A stretch of 64,000 nt of DNA from Selaginella moellendorffii (Eukaryota; Plantae; Lycopodiophyta). Made by a program: the position numbers and the translations under genes. Shown in pieces: positions 39,166-51,230 of this stretch. Each line of letters opens with the position of its first letter. Position 1 is the stretch's first letter. The notes beneath the pieces were generated by a model, which worked only from the letters and a program-made list of their open reading frames with translations, did not search any database and was not told the origin of the DNA. The stretch is from positions 5,548,364-5,612,363 of the forward strand of contig NW_003314262.1 of the NCBI RefSeq assembly GCF_000143415.4. Direction: 5' to 3'.

Positions 39166-39452
39166 TAGCACAGCTTTAAGAAGAACTTTAGAATGACTCC
39201 TACAAGATCTACATCTACAAGCAAGTTCACCAGAACATAAGCATCTCGATCAAAGCCATGAACAACATGAACAGCTTGGTCCATGATATGTTCGAGCGGC
39301 TGTCCACCGAGGCCGGGTAGAGACAGTAACAAGGCCACCATCCAGAGCTGCGAAATCCAAGACGAGGCCCAATCCTTGGTGAGGCTTATCTTCCCTGGCG
39401 AGCTAGCAAAGCACGCAATCTCCAAGGGAACTAAGAGTATGTTAGCTCCTGA
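39166..39452 (+). pseudogene. Histone H2B pseudogene, paralog of 43815-44201
   Basis: gactcctacaagatctacatctacaag...ttccctggcgagctagcaaagcacgcaatc matches the intact copy, with deletions, frameshifts and no start. Confidence 0.9.
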
Positions 39453-39486
39453 CCGGGGTGTGGATGGACAAAATGGTAATTACCTC

Positions 39487-41069
39487 TCAGAGTAGACAAA
39501 ATTTGGTGAATAGTATTGCAGCGAGTGGGAGCAAAAGCCGAGGATCGCGAGCGGACAATGCTTTTCCAGGCATTAAGCTGTAAAGATCCTGTTAAGAAAC
39601 CACAAATCCTATGATAACAACTTACCTTCCTTTGTAGATACACGAGCCGTAGGCTGCCAGCCATTTGCGTCAAGTTAGAAAACACAAAACTTTCTCGATA
39701 AACTTAACTCGGATCGGCAATCGTGACGGCTGCTGCTCCTGAGAAGTCGCAAGCACTGGGATCCATCCCGTTGCTCTGGAAGTAGCTGTTAAACGCATAC
39801 GATGCGTGTGAAGCAACCGTGTCGGGAAGATAGCAGGACTGGCCCGGTTGAATAGCCTGGCAATCGGCATGGCCTGGTCCGCAGGCCCAGTCCAGCGCAA
39901 TCTGTAAGTCTGTGAAGCTGGCATTCGGATTTGCGACGCAAAAGCTCCGGTTCCGCTGAACCACAACACTGTTACCAAAATCAAGGTTGTACACTTTGGT
40001 CCCATCCGGCTTGAAAAGACCCCAGTTCCTGTTGGAAGTCGGGCCCTCCCTCAAGTCCTCGTTGAAAAGCTCGAAAATGTAAGTATCCGTTGTGATCCCC
40101 GGCCGGAATGGAGTGCCACTCCCATTGCTCAAGTGCTTGATGAGATTCCCATTGTAGGAAGCAGCATTGTCGAGGTTGACGACGTTCACCTCGTCCGCAT
40201 TACCCATGGACGGCCACCCGGTCTCGCTCACGACTATAAGGATCTCCCGGTGGTTGTACGCGGCCATTGCGTAGTAGAGCGCGTCGAGCTGAGCATCGAA
40301 GAGGTTCCAGTAGTGGAGGCCCGAGTCGGAGTCCGTGAAGCCTTGGTTTGGCCGGAAGAGCGCAAAGTCGGAGGAGATGTATCTCATGTCGTTCCGGTAC
40401 GCGTAGTAAGGATAGACGTTGGCCATCAAGTATGATCCAGTCCGGCTGAGAAACTCGAGCAGCGATTGCATCACCGCCGAGAACCTGGGATCGAAAGTGG
40501 CCGACGATGGCGGAAACGACGTCCCAAGAACACCCATGGAGAGTGGCGTCGAGACTTTCACCTGTTTGTCTATCCCGGCTTGCTGGAGAGCCGAGTAGAT
40601 GTTGGTCATGGCTGCAACCAGATAGCCAGCGGCATTTGGAGCGCTCGTGATCACCTCCGAGCCAACGGCAATGGCAACGATCTTGGTGGCCGGAAGAGCT
40701 GCCGCTACGTTTCGTGTCACCCAGTCGGCAGCGTCGCCCTGGGACTGCCCGAAATCCACAACCTGTGCGTTTGTGGTGCCGATGACGAGCTCGATCTGTG
40801 TGTTTGCGAATGCCTGGAGAGTCTCAGCGTCGTAGGAGAAGATCCTGACCTTGGTGATCGATTGCGCCTGGATGAGCTGCACGGCCACTTGTGGAGAAGG
40901 AAGATTATCCCCATTTCTTCCATAGCACACTCCGACAGAGCTGGCGCCTAGCAAGAAAAACGAAAGAAATAAATGAGAGCGAGCGTCGATCGATCTTACC
41001 ACAGACTGTCGCGACGATCCAACAAGCGGCAACAAGACATCCGGCAATGCGGTATGAGCGCCGGAACAT
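39487..41069 (-). CDS. GH17 beta-1,3-glucanase with X8 (CBM43) domain and probable GPI-anchor tail; exons 41000-41069, 39709-40947, 39626-39653, 39487-39577
   Basis: Signal peptide; [15 protein letters not shown]; AVGSE; NVYPY; VSETGWPS; FELFNED..GP.S.RNWGLF; X8 FCVA...LDWACG...HASYAFN...YGSCIY; hydrophobic end [16 protein letters not shown]. Confidence 0.93.
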
Positions 41070-42083
41070 CGGATCGCGAAATCTCACCCCCGGCAGCACG
41101 AAATCTCTCTGCCGATGCCGCTGGATCGCGCGGAGCTCCTAGCGAATGCGCCGACGATCTTCTTCTTGTCCCTAGCGCCGTGAATCAGCATGACGATGAC
41201 GCACCCGCCGCAAGAATCCGGGAAAACGCCAAGCGCGCTCCAGCTGCGGCCTACAATCCCTGCCGCGATGATGCGCTGCCCCAGAAATCTCATCCAGGTA
41301 GAAGAAAGAAACAAGGAGGAGCAACCGCATTGAAGATCAAGACCTAGGCCGGGGAAGATCGGCGCAAGGGAAGAAGAAGAAGAACAAGCGTCGCGGGCGC
41401 CGCGATGATCGCCAAGAGGAGAGAATAGGGAACAAGAGAAAGAAAGACCCGAGCGACCGCGTCCTCCTCCTCTTCCTCCATGGCCATTGGATTTTTTCTT
41501 CGCCTCGTTTCCTTCTTCGCCGTGCGTTTCCCCACGCAGCCTGACTGACGGACTGACGGTCAAACCGGTCAAGGGCATCGCGTCGTCTTTCCGGAATGGA
41601 AAAGCCTAGGCGATTACAGATTTTTTACAAGGTGGAGCGCGCCGCGCGGTATATGAGTACCGCGGACTGCGCGGTACGGTTGCTGGTCGCCTAAGTCAGA
41701 TGAATATGGACTCGAGAAATCAAGGTCTGATCTTACAATACCTATAGACCATGACACGGAGAGAGCACAAGCGCTCGCATGGCTATTCGATAGATCGGAC
41801 AAAACCGACAAAAAAACGTCCCGCTATAGAATGCTAAACTGAGATTATGGCTGGCAAGCGGCAAACTCAAAAGAAATCCAAAGAGAAGAGATCGATCCAT
41901 ACCTCGACAAAATGCTGGTTATGGATCACAACTTGAGACCCTACTGGAACATTTTCTTATACTTGAACATTTTTCTTAGTGGCAGCTGGAGCCGATTTCG
42001 TCAATTGGTGACACAATCAGGGAAAGCAATGCGGAAGCATTAATTTCGATTTGGGTTAACTATTTCATTTTAAATTAATTATT

Positions 42084-42157
42084 CGCTAGAGGGAGGGGTC
42101 GAACCTCCGACCTTGCGGTTAACAGCCGCACGCTCTGACCATCTGAGCTACTCCAGC
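42084..42157 (-). tRNA. tRNA-Asn(GTT)
   Basis: GCTGGAGTAGCTCAGATGGTCAGAGCGTGCGGCTGTTAACCGCAAGGTCGGAGGTTCGACCCCTCCCTCTAGCG, 74 nt. Confidence 0.95.
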
Positions 42158-42419
42158 TTTACATTAGTTAACTGTCTTATTCACTTTAATTGCTTATATA
42201 CTTCGCAAGATCTTCCGAATATTCTCAAAATATTCCTGTAGTTCGTTGAGTGTTTACCTTGGATCATCACATCACTCTCGATCACATCCTGTGTCAATCC
42301 ACAATGCCGCCCCAGAAACCATGCCCCGGTGCCAGTGATTCCCAATGGAGAGCACTCGAGCGAGGAGATGGAGAAAAACTTTAGGGTTCTCAACATTAGG
42401 GCTCTTGGGATTGGAGGGA

Positions 42420-42890
42420 ATGGGAGAGGGCGATGGCGATCTGGAGGCTCTGGAGGAGGAGGTGAGAGAGATGGACGCGCGCGTCAAGAGAATGCGCAGC
42501 CAAGGCCCCGCCAGGTTTAAATCTTTGCTCCAGGAGCATCTTGTCACGCTCCGGCCCCCTCCAACGCTAGAGCCGCCGCTACACACGCCATATCTCGATG
42601 GAGTAAATGGTCAGTACATAGCTAGCTTCTCATTCCTCCTGATTGAGTGAGAGAAGAATGTCTGGAAATTCGCAGGTGATTTGTCTGCGATCCAGACGAG
42701 ACGGTTGGAGGCTCTCAATTCGCTTCCCGGATTGTTGGAGCGCATCAACAAATGCACGGATGATCTCTCCGCCACTCTCGCCAAGCTCAAGCACAAGCGA
42801 TCTTACGACCTGGTTTTCGAGCTGCCGCATCCAACACTACCCGAGGAGGATGGCGATGGCAGCCTCGCCAGTCGATTCTTTCCAACTTAG
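42420..42890 (+). CDS. Small coiled-coil protein (about 134 aa), possibly plant kinetochore NSL1-like; exons 42420-42609 and 42676-42890
   Basis: A GT-AG intron joins LEALEEEVREMDARVKRMR..P..FKSLL..L..RP to LNSLPGLLERINKC in frame. Family assignment rests on recalled resemblance only. Confidence 0.55.
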
Positions 42891-43370
42891 CCGCCGTCTC
42901 TCTCTCCTGTACAAACAAGGAAGAACAGCACAGCGAATTCATCAACAGGGACAGGAAGAACCAACAGACACAAGAAAATTACTATACTACCACCTCGTCG
43001 GCATTAATTTGCTTGTATCCTTCTGACTTGTAAGTGTTCACTCGTTTGTAACATTCGGTTTCTGTCCGTCCATTGAATGTTTATCAATCAGCCTCTGTGT
43101 TTGCTGATCACAACTTCAATCTAGCTCTGAAGGTCCGGGATTGATCCAGCTTCCACTCGATAAGAAATGCCCTTTCAGCTTCCCAGCCTGCAAATGTAAC
43201 AAGACTTAAGTGAAAAGAAGAAATGCCCTTTCCAAGCGAGCGAGCAATTGGTACCAGCAAAAACTCCGCTTCAAGAACAGCAAAGAACAACAGCTTCTCA
43301 GTCACAAGTTCCCAAAGAAAATGCTACTGCTAGTTAATTTTTAGTCGAAATTACAATTAATTATTGTAAA

Positions 43371-43444
43371 GCTTGAGTAGCTCAGATGGTCAGAGCGTGC
43401 GGCTGTTAACCGCAAGGTCGGAGGTTCGACCCCTCCCTCAAGCG
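43371..43444 (+). tRNA. tRNA-Asn(GTT), second copy
   Basis: Identical to 42084-42157 except the acceptor pair U4-A69 replaces G4-U69. Confidence 0.95.
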
Positions 43445-43814
43445 AATAAAGAGGCATTTCAATCCTTGAGAAGGGCTTTTGGGAGATAAGTGATCTCTTG
43501 TGCCAGCGTTGCTGCATTATCCATCCGACTTGGAGCTCCGGGAACTTCTATTGCTGTCGGAATCAGTTTGCGCAGCTCCGCGAGCCATGACGAAGACGTG
43601 AGAATCGGGCTAGCTGAGGAGATTTCAAGATCGTAAAACCAGTAAAACTTTTTACCTCGTAACCAAACCGAGATGATAATGGTGCTCTTCCGGTTCCGTT
43701 GTCAGCTGACATGGCTGGTTTTCTCGAGCCGAGCGTCACAACACTTGGAATCTCCACGACTACAGCTCTCCACCTTTAAAACGTTTCGAGCGGCCAGCGC
43801 AACGATCACTACCG

Positions 43815-44201
43815 ATGGCAGAGCTGGACTCGAGAATGAAGGCCGTGAAGAAACTCCCATCCACCGGCGGCGGATCGTCGGGGCAGCAGCAGCACAGCTC
43901 CAAGAAGAAGCTCAAGGCGCTCCAGGGCGACTCGTACAAGATCTACATCTACAAGGTACTCAAGCAAGTCCACCCGGACATCAGCATCTCGATCAAAGCC
44001 ATGAACATCATGAACAGCCTGGTCCATGATATGTTCGAGCGGCTGTCCACCGAGGCCGGGCGGCTGGCTCGATACAGCAACAAGCCCACCATTCAGAGCC
44101 GCGAGGTCCAGGCCTCGGTCAGGCTCATCTTCCCTGGCGAGCTCGCAAAGCACGCAATCTCCGAGGGAACCAAGGCTGTCACCAAGTATGTGAGCTCCTG
44201 A
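43815..44201 (+). CDS. H2B: Divergent histone H2B (128 aa, intronless)
   Basis: [24 protein letters not shown]...[44 protein letters not shown]. Confidence 0.93.
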   Translation: MAELDSRMKAVKKLPSTGGGSSGQQQHSSKKKLKALQGDSYKIYIYKVLKQVHPDISISIKAMNIMNSLVHDMFERLSTEAGRLARYSNKPTIQSREVQASVRLIFPGELAKHAISEGTKAVTKYVSS

Positions 44202-44374
44202 CCGGGACGATGATGGCTTTTCAGGCATTACGCTGCGAAGATCCTGTTAGAAACCACAAAGCTTATGATAGCAACGTACCTCCCTTTGTGCAAATTTCCA
44301 GAGATCTAGGAAAAATGAGAAGCTATACTGACCATGTACTCCATCGGCGTCTCCACGAGTTCTGGCCTGGATCC

Positions 44375-44560
44375 AAATTTCCAGACTTCTCGTGTTCTTT
44401 CTTTCTTTTGATCAAGAGGAATGAGAAGAGCTATACTGACCGTTTACTCCATCGAAGTGTTGCGTGGATCCAGCGTTGGAGGGGCCGGAGCTTGACAAAG
44501 AGCTCGCGAGGCCTCGCATTGCGAGCGTCCATCTCCAGATCGTCATCGCCTCCTCGCTAC
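44375..44560 (-). pseudogene. Inverted degenerate copy of part of the 42420-42890 gene (exon 1 and intron)
   Basis: Reverse complement shares gatctggag..atggacgc, ctccggccc..ccaacgct, tcgatggagtaaa.ggtcagta and ttctcattcctc with 42430-42670. Confidence 0.75.
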
Positions 44561-44699
44561 CACCCCATGACTCGAGAGCCGGAGAAGATGCTGCCCTAGG
44601 GCGCCGAGATCGTCGTCTACGAGCCTTGCGTTGTGGAGAGCGGGATTCTTCGCCTAGGTACGTGCCTGCGGATTTCCAATCCGGCAGCACTTCAAGTTT

Positions 44700-45895
44700 G
44701 TCACGCTGCTCGTCTTTGCAAGATTCCCGGACGATCCAGACGCACTAAGCAAGGATTTCTCGCAGCGGAACTTCGCCACGGCAGTGGAGCTCTATATACA
44801 AGCGTTAAAAACTCTCACGGAGCGAGGAAGATCGATTCGTGAGACTCTCCAGTCGAGCGGAGTGCCTTGTGGTTCCAGTTGGGATGGGCTCACAAGGCTC
44901 TCGAGGACGCTGAGAGCGCGCTGGATCTCCGGGCTGGAAACGAGAGGAGCCTCCTCCCGAAAATTTGAGCACTATGGAAGCTCCGGCAGTACGGTCGTGC
45001 GGAAGCTTGCCTGGAAGAGAGCCTGAAAGCCCGATCACTCCAGCGTTTGTTGGAGGAAGCCAGGATCTTCAGGGAGCAGAGCGAGTCCGGCCTTCGCGAT
45101 CTTTCCAAGTTTCTCACGGGAGGCTGTAGCAAGCAAAGTCCTCCAAACGTTGCGGAGTTCGTCGGTCCCGTTTGAGTCGAGGTGACGAAGAACGGGCGTG
45201 CGAGGGGGATCTTCACGACGACGGATGTCCGTCAGGGGGATTTGCTCATCGTCTCGGTTAGAGTTCCACTCACGCGGGACATGCGAGAGAAGATGGATCA
45301 AGGAGACAACAAGACGGAGCTCCTCGCCAGCCTTCTCCAGGTGTGCTTGGCATCTCCAAGAACTCTACGGCATAGCATGGCCGAGGCCGCGATGGATCAG
45401 TTGTCTATGCGGCCTTCTCCCAGCAAGCTGGTGGACAAGGAAGATCCGAGCATGGATCAAATGAACATGCGCAGACCAGTTGCAACAGAAGAGCTCGAGT
45501 TTGATGTGATGAGGATCCGAAACATCCTGGGCTGCTCCACGGAGTTCGTTCTCTCCGAAAACTACAGCGACGAGTTCGTGGGGTTCTGGACGCTGCCAGC
45601 CTTCATCAATCACTGCCTGCCCAACGTGAGCATGCGCAAGTTCGGAAAGTCCATGTTCGTGTACGCTGCTCGCGACATGGAATCCGGAAGCGCGGTCGTA
45701 TGGCTACGCGCTGTGGCCACGGGTGGTGAGAAGGTCGACGACTGCCACTGCCAGAGGTGCCATCTTGAGAAGAAGCTCGGGGAGCCGCTGTGGGGGATCA
45801 CTAACAAGTTTATGGAGCTTCTGGCAGACGAGAGGCTAACGATAGAGCAGTGTGGAGATTACATCCAAGTGGCCGTGGATCTGAAGAGGTGTTGA
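44700..45895 (+). pseudogene. TPR + SET-domain lysine methyltransferase (ATXR1/SDG35-like) pseudogene
   Basis: TPR-like AVELY..AL and KALEDAESAL; AEFVGPV*VEV..GR.RGIF.T.DV..GDLL; GFW.LPAFINH.C.PN; AARD; post-SET C.C.RC. In-frame stops and frameshifts present. Confidence 0.75.
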
Positions 45896-46130
45896 GCTCG
45901 CAGGAAGGTATGGATCCGAGCTTCACATCCACCTTTCTTACTTTGGATGTCGAGCAGAGGCAGAACTAGCGGACGGAGGAGGAGCTGCAATGCTTGATGA
46001 AATACTCTAGGGACTGCATGACATTGCTCCATGTCGATGGTTTACTGAGGTTTGGTTAAAAGGAAATCTGTGCCAACATTTTAATCCTGTAAAGAGAAAT
46101 TAGTTTAGGGTTCTAAGTGTGTGCAAATAT

Positions 46131-46977
46131 TGTTTAGTTTGCTTAATAATAGTGTTATTCCTATTTCATACAGCAGTAGTGTTATTTTTATTTATTAATT
46201 TAATTGATCAAATGAAAGTTTATAATTATAAACATGTTTATAATTTATAACTATAATATTAATCTTAACCATTAGATAGTAGAATAAACTAGAATATACT
46301 AGAAAGTTTCAGGAAAGTTTATAAATTACTAAAATGTTTAAAAATTATAAATACAAAACTAATTTAAATGAATATTAACCATTAGATTGTAGAATATCTT
46401 AAAATATCCAAGAATATTCTAGGTATATTCACTACCATCTCAATCTTGTGTATTGCTACATCAAAAACAATAACACTGAGTCCTTTTACAATTTTACTTA
46501 AGCAAACCAAAAATATAAAATTATAGCAATAATAATCATTCTAAATTATTCTACCAAGTAGTATCTTCTTAGTGTGGTAGCTAATTAATTAAGTTTAAGA
46601 TTTTTGTATATCTAATATTAGTGACACTTTTTCTATGTGTTATTAATAATATTTTATTCACTAACACGTTTATTGGTTTTCTTAAGCAAAATCTGTAGGG
46701 GAGTGGGTGGTTAAACTATGTTTGAATATTCTAGGATTCTACCATTTAATGGTTTTTATCAAATTAGATTAATCTTGTATTTATAATTTATAAACATATT
46801 TATAATTTATAAAATTTCCTAAACACTTCCTAGTGTTTTTTCTACCATCTAATGGTTAATGCTCAATAATTTTAATGTTGTGTTTATAAATTATAAACAT
46901 GTTTATAATTATAAACTTCCATTAGCTAAATTGAACTCATAAATAAGAATAACACTACTATAAAGCAAACTAAACAT
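46131..46977. mobile_element. AT-rich foldback/MITE element, an imperfect palindrome of about 850 bp
   Basis: tgtttagtttgc..tagtgttatt..aagtttataattataaacatgtttataatttataa..taaccattagat is mirrored in reverse complement at 46720-46977; inner arms at about 46490 and 46680. Confidence 0.8.
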
Positions 46978-47289
46978 TTCTACATGCAACACATAGCAAA
47001 TTATATTTGTTAAATTGTTTCTTGATTATTTCTGTTTCTTAGTTTATAATTTATTATTATTAATTTTTCTGTGTTATAATAAACAAAAGTAGGCAATTCT
47101 ACCTTTTTTAACTATAATATTTTGAAAAAGAAAGTGGGCATTCTAAGTAATTTTGAAATATAATACTGCAATACCAATAAAGTATTTAATTCAAAACTAA
47201 GTAGAATATTGACCTTATTTTTTATTTTAATATAAGAAAAATAAATGAATTACATAATTTATATTAACTTTTTTTTAATATTTTAATAT

Positions 47290-49496
47290 TGTGAGTGCTC
47301 AAGATATAGGAATAGGTATTTTAATTTGGATTTAGATCCTTGATTATATAAGAAGAATAGATGAACCAAATTCAATCCCTAAATGGACGGTCTATATATT
47401 ATAGTATTGTATTACCTAACCAAGGTAATATATGTATTTACAAACCTTACACTATCCTCCCCTCCGAAATATAAAAAGGTGATGGCAATAACTCAAGTGG
47501 AACATTTGAAACTTCTAATGGACAATTATAAACTATTATAAAAATTTGAAGCTTTCATAAAACCATCAATAAAATTGTTGAAAACTATGATTGAAATAAA
47601 AGCCATGGTATAAGCATCATTCAACTATGGAATCTTAGTGAATCAATTGCAACTCTATATATAACTCTTAAATGTTCAAATCAACTACACAACCATAATT
47701 TTGAATCAAAACAAGGGACTTTGACAATCTATAGAGCACTATTGTAGCAAACAATACATCCTGTCTCTAAGTTTGTCTATTGATGATCCTCCAAGACCAC
47801 CATTAACTTAAATTTAGAATTATAACTAAAACAACCATTATTGTCATTTAGCACTGCATATAAAAGGTTAAATTCACTCTATTCATCTTCCATATCTTCC
47901 TTATCCCTTTCTCAAAAGAAAAAATGTTCTAAAACACTATCTTTGTTTGCACTCATTATGTTTGTTTTTACTTTACCATCTATATTTAGCCTCACTCCAC
48001 TATCTTATCTATTCGACATTATTACATTAGGGTCAAATGTTCCATTCGGACTCATCCTTACTCTACAATCCATGTCACTCATCTTCATTCCACTAATGTA
48101 TTCATTTTTCCTCACTCCATCATCGAGGCAAGATTCCTGTCCATCCCCTCTACCCCTCCAAAAAAAAAAAAGTTAAAAGTATTGGGGTAGAAAAGAAAAA
48201 ATGAGAAAAATTGAGGAAAAACAAATGTGGAAGAAGGAAAAGTGGATAAAAAAGCATCGAAAGACAAATTTATAACAATTGGCCATGCAAAAATAGGGAA
48301 ATCAAAAAAAGGATATATATTTAAAGCTTGGAAAATAAGGGACTTTCTATTATAAAATACTTCGGCCACCACAATATAAACAAAAGATTCATAACTTTAT
48401 TAACACACAACTCAACTCAACACTTAAGACGAGAAAATCAATAATAATGTCCACACTCTCAAGAGAATATATAAATTCTTTAGCATCAATAGTAAAGCAA
48501 AGGCTCTCAATAACACTCATAAGTGGGGACATACATTTGAAACTCTAGCCAAAGTGACACAACCGTTAGAACAAAGAAATACTCAATACTAGAATTGATT
48601 AAAGGCTTTACCAATGAAATAAAAGCAAGATTCTTAACTTCATGCACATACTTAACATTTAGATTAATATGAGGAAGACAGAAAACACTCAACTCAATAC
48701 TAGATTAAGAATGAGAATCATAAGAATCATAAATGAGTAACATATCAGAAGAAGAAAACATTACAAATAAAGAAGCAATACTAGGAACATGAGAAGGCAA
48801 CTCAGGCTCAGGCTGAGAAATAAGAAAAAGTTGGGAAAGAGTAAAAGGTAAAGAAAAAGGATTAGATGGCAGATTTAAAATTTGACACCTACTTTGTGAA
48901 ATCTCCACGTCATCTCCAAAGTTATCTCCATAATAATCAAGTTCGTCAAAATAATCTAAAATTGAGCTCATACACATCATCTTCTTATAAACTTAGTCCT
49001 CGAATATTCTCCAAGAATCAGACTACATCATCCATAGCTCGCCAATCAATGTCACAAGTCACAATCATGCTCCACATCAACAAAAGATGGCAAAACACTA
49101 AAAATAGGACAAACTGTGTAATCATCTCCAATGAAAGTTGGAAATGGCAACATGCCAAGGATGAGCCAGCATTAATAACTAAAATTCTAGATCTTGCAAA
49201 AAGATAATATAAATTTAAATCTAAAAGAGAATGAAGAAATAAGAACAAAAAGCATAATCCTAAACATTAATGCAAAGCACTACTAAAAAAACTTTTCCCT
49301 TCAAAGATAAATTGTAATGCCTTTCATCCACCAATGTAAATGTTTGGGATATAGGAATAAATACATTAATTAAAGTTTAAACCTCTGCCTTATATATAAG
49401 AATGGATAAACCAAATTCAATCCCCAAATAAACAGTCTATATACTATAGTATTATAATTAATGTATTACCTAGCTAGGGTAATATATATATTTACA
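47290..49496 (-). mobile_element. Old short-LTR retroelement relic (LTRs about 47290-47442 and 49335-49496)
   Basis: Diverged direct repeats of about 155 bp, TG...CA; PPT-like atcctcccctcc after the left repeat and a TGG PBS-like junction at the right repeat. No TSD or ORF seen. Confidence 0.6.
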
Positions 49497-49584
49497 TAAG
49501 TAGGTAATTTTACTTCCTGTTATTAATTTTATATCCTGTTATTTGCAAAAAGAAAAGTCATTATGTATATAGGATGGTTGATGG

Positions 49585-50913
49585 TCAATTCCCTGCCACC
49601 ACTGGATTGAATTTCCAGGCCTGCTGCTCAAGATATCCTTGGTTTGGAGATGCCGAGCGAAGCACAAGAGGATGATACCACGCACTGTTCTGGTACTGAT
49701 CGTCGTTCTGCAGAGCCCACTGCAAGTTGGTTCCATCCAGATTGATCGCGAGATAGTCCGTGTTTGAAGCCTGGAATCGGTTCTCAGACCACACGAAACT
49801 GTAATTGAGAGGATCATATTGAGTCAAGAGCACCTGCCATGATCATCCAATTCGTTTAGTTTGCGAAATTCTTCAAGTTTTGAACAGTGTACACTAGTTA
49901 CCTTGTCTCCCGGCTTGGCTGACCCCTTGAGAGCAAGACCAGTCACCTTGTTTATGAGAACGAACGAGGTGAAGTACGTGGTATCATCTCTTCCTCCAGC
50001 AGGAACCTTGTACCATGTCTATATGTAATCAAATAGAATGAGATAAGATTACAAAGAACGATGAAAGTACAAACCATGCCGTCGAGAGGAACGTTGTTTG
50101 GACTAATAGCCACCACGTTTGTCTCATCGTTGTGCTTGACTGCATTCTTGAAAGTTACGTCCACATTTTGCTGCTTCCAAGTCAAGTACTGCCCAAACCA
50201 GTGGCATAGAATCCTGTACTCTTGAGAAGGCTCTGTGCATCATCACCATATATATGAGCCACAACCAAGAAGAACAATCATATGATTCATGAGCTTACCG
50301 TAGGTGACGAGCTTCCAGTGGGAGTTTTCATTGCTGTTGGATGTCACCACTGGCACCCCATCTTTGAAGCTAGCACTTGAGTAAGTGTGGCTCAGAAAAG
50401 ATGACTTGTTTACAGTCATGGTGATCAAGACTTGATTTTCGTGGCTCCCTGAAATACGCCACAGGAGATAATTGTCTTGGCCTACCGGATCATAGTCTCC
50501 AATAGTAGCCTTTTGCCATCAAAATTCCATATGATCAGCAACCGTGTATGTATGAATACTATTTTTGTGTACCTTGCTTTGAGACGTTGAGTATGCCTGG
50601 GACCGGAGAGCTTTCTTAGAGCCGTGGTTTACAAACACGAACGCGGAGAGGTGACTGATATCCGGGTCCAGGAACTCATCCCTGCCACTGAGTTCCTGGT
50701 TCAGCAAGTTCCATGACTCATCCCTGTACCACAGCTGCACGAGAGTTTCCCATGATGATTGACAACTGGCAAAGTTTTGAAAGATTTTACCTGGAAGGGA
50801 TTGAGCGCGTCCTTGGACTTGAGAACAACCTGGTTGCCTTGCTGCGTAATGCAATAGCCAGGATAAGCAGCAGACTCGATGGTGAAGAACTTTGGAGCTG
50901 CTGTGAGAGCCAT
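49585..50913 (-). CDS. Two-domain EUL (Euonymus)/ricin-B-like lectin, about 339 aa; exons 50791-50913, 50573-50734, 50299-50509, 50075-50232, 49902-50018, 49585-49833
   Basis: Spliced frame stays open and has two repeats of the EUL pattern: YC/LT..G..VVL..Q.W, F..VN..(S/T)..AL, YDP....W, (H/A)WK. Confidence 0.72.
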
Positions 50914-51158
50914 TTCTCTAAACTCTTAAAAGAAAAGACTATAGCTTTGAGAAGCCAAAGGGATGAGTATGAAGTTATAGAGCTCTTTGAACGTATGGCA
51001 GCTTTATATAGTAGCTTATAATTTATACAATTTATATAGTAGCAGCTTCTGTCGCATTATCCCATGTGTTTCATGCTTGCTTACTTTGCCATATTCCATG
51101 TGCTTCCTTACTTTGTGCAGTCAGCACTGCAGTTGAAAGCTTACAGATTTGTACAGCA

Positions 51159-51230
51159 AAGGGGCAACCAGTATTGAACTGGTGACCTATCGGACTGCAG
51201 CCGATTGCTCTACAACTGAGCTATGCCTCC
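51159..51230 (-). tRNA. tRNA-Cys(GCA), degenerate or possible pseudogene
   Basis: GGAGGCATAGCTCAGTTGTAGAGCAATCGGCTGCAGTCCGATAGGTCACCAGTTCAATACTGGTTGCCCCTT; A3-C70 mismatch and D-loop GG changed to TG. Confidence 0.75.
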
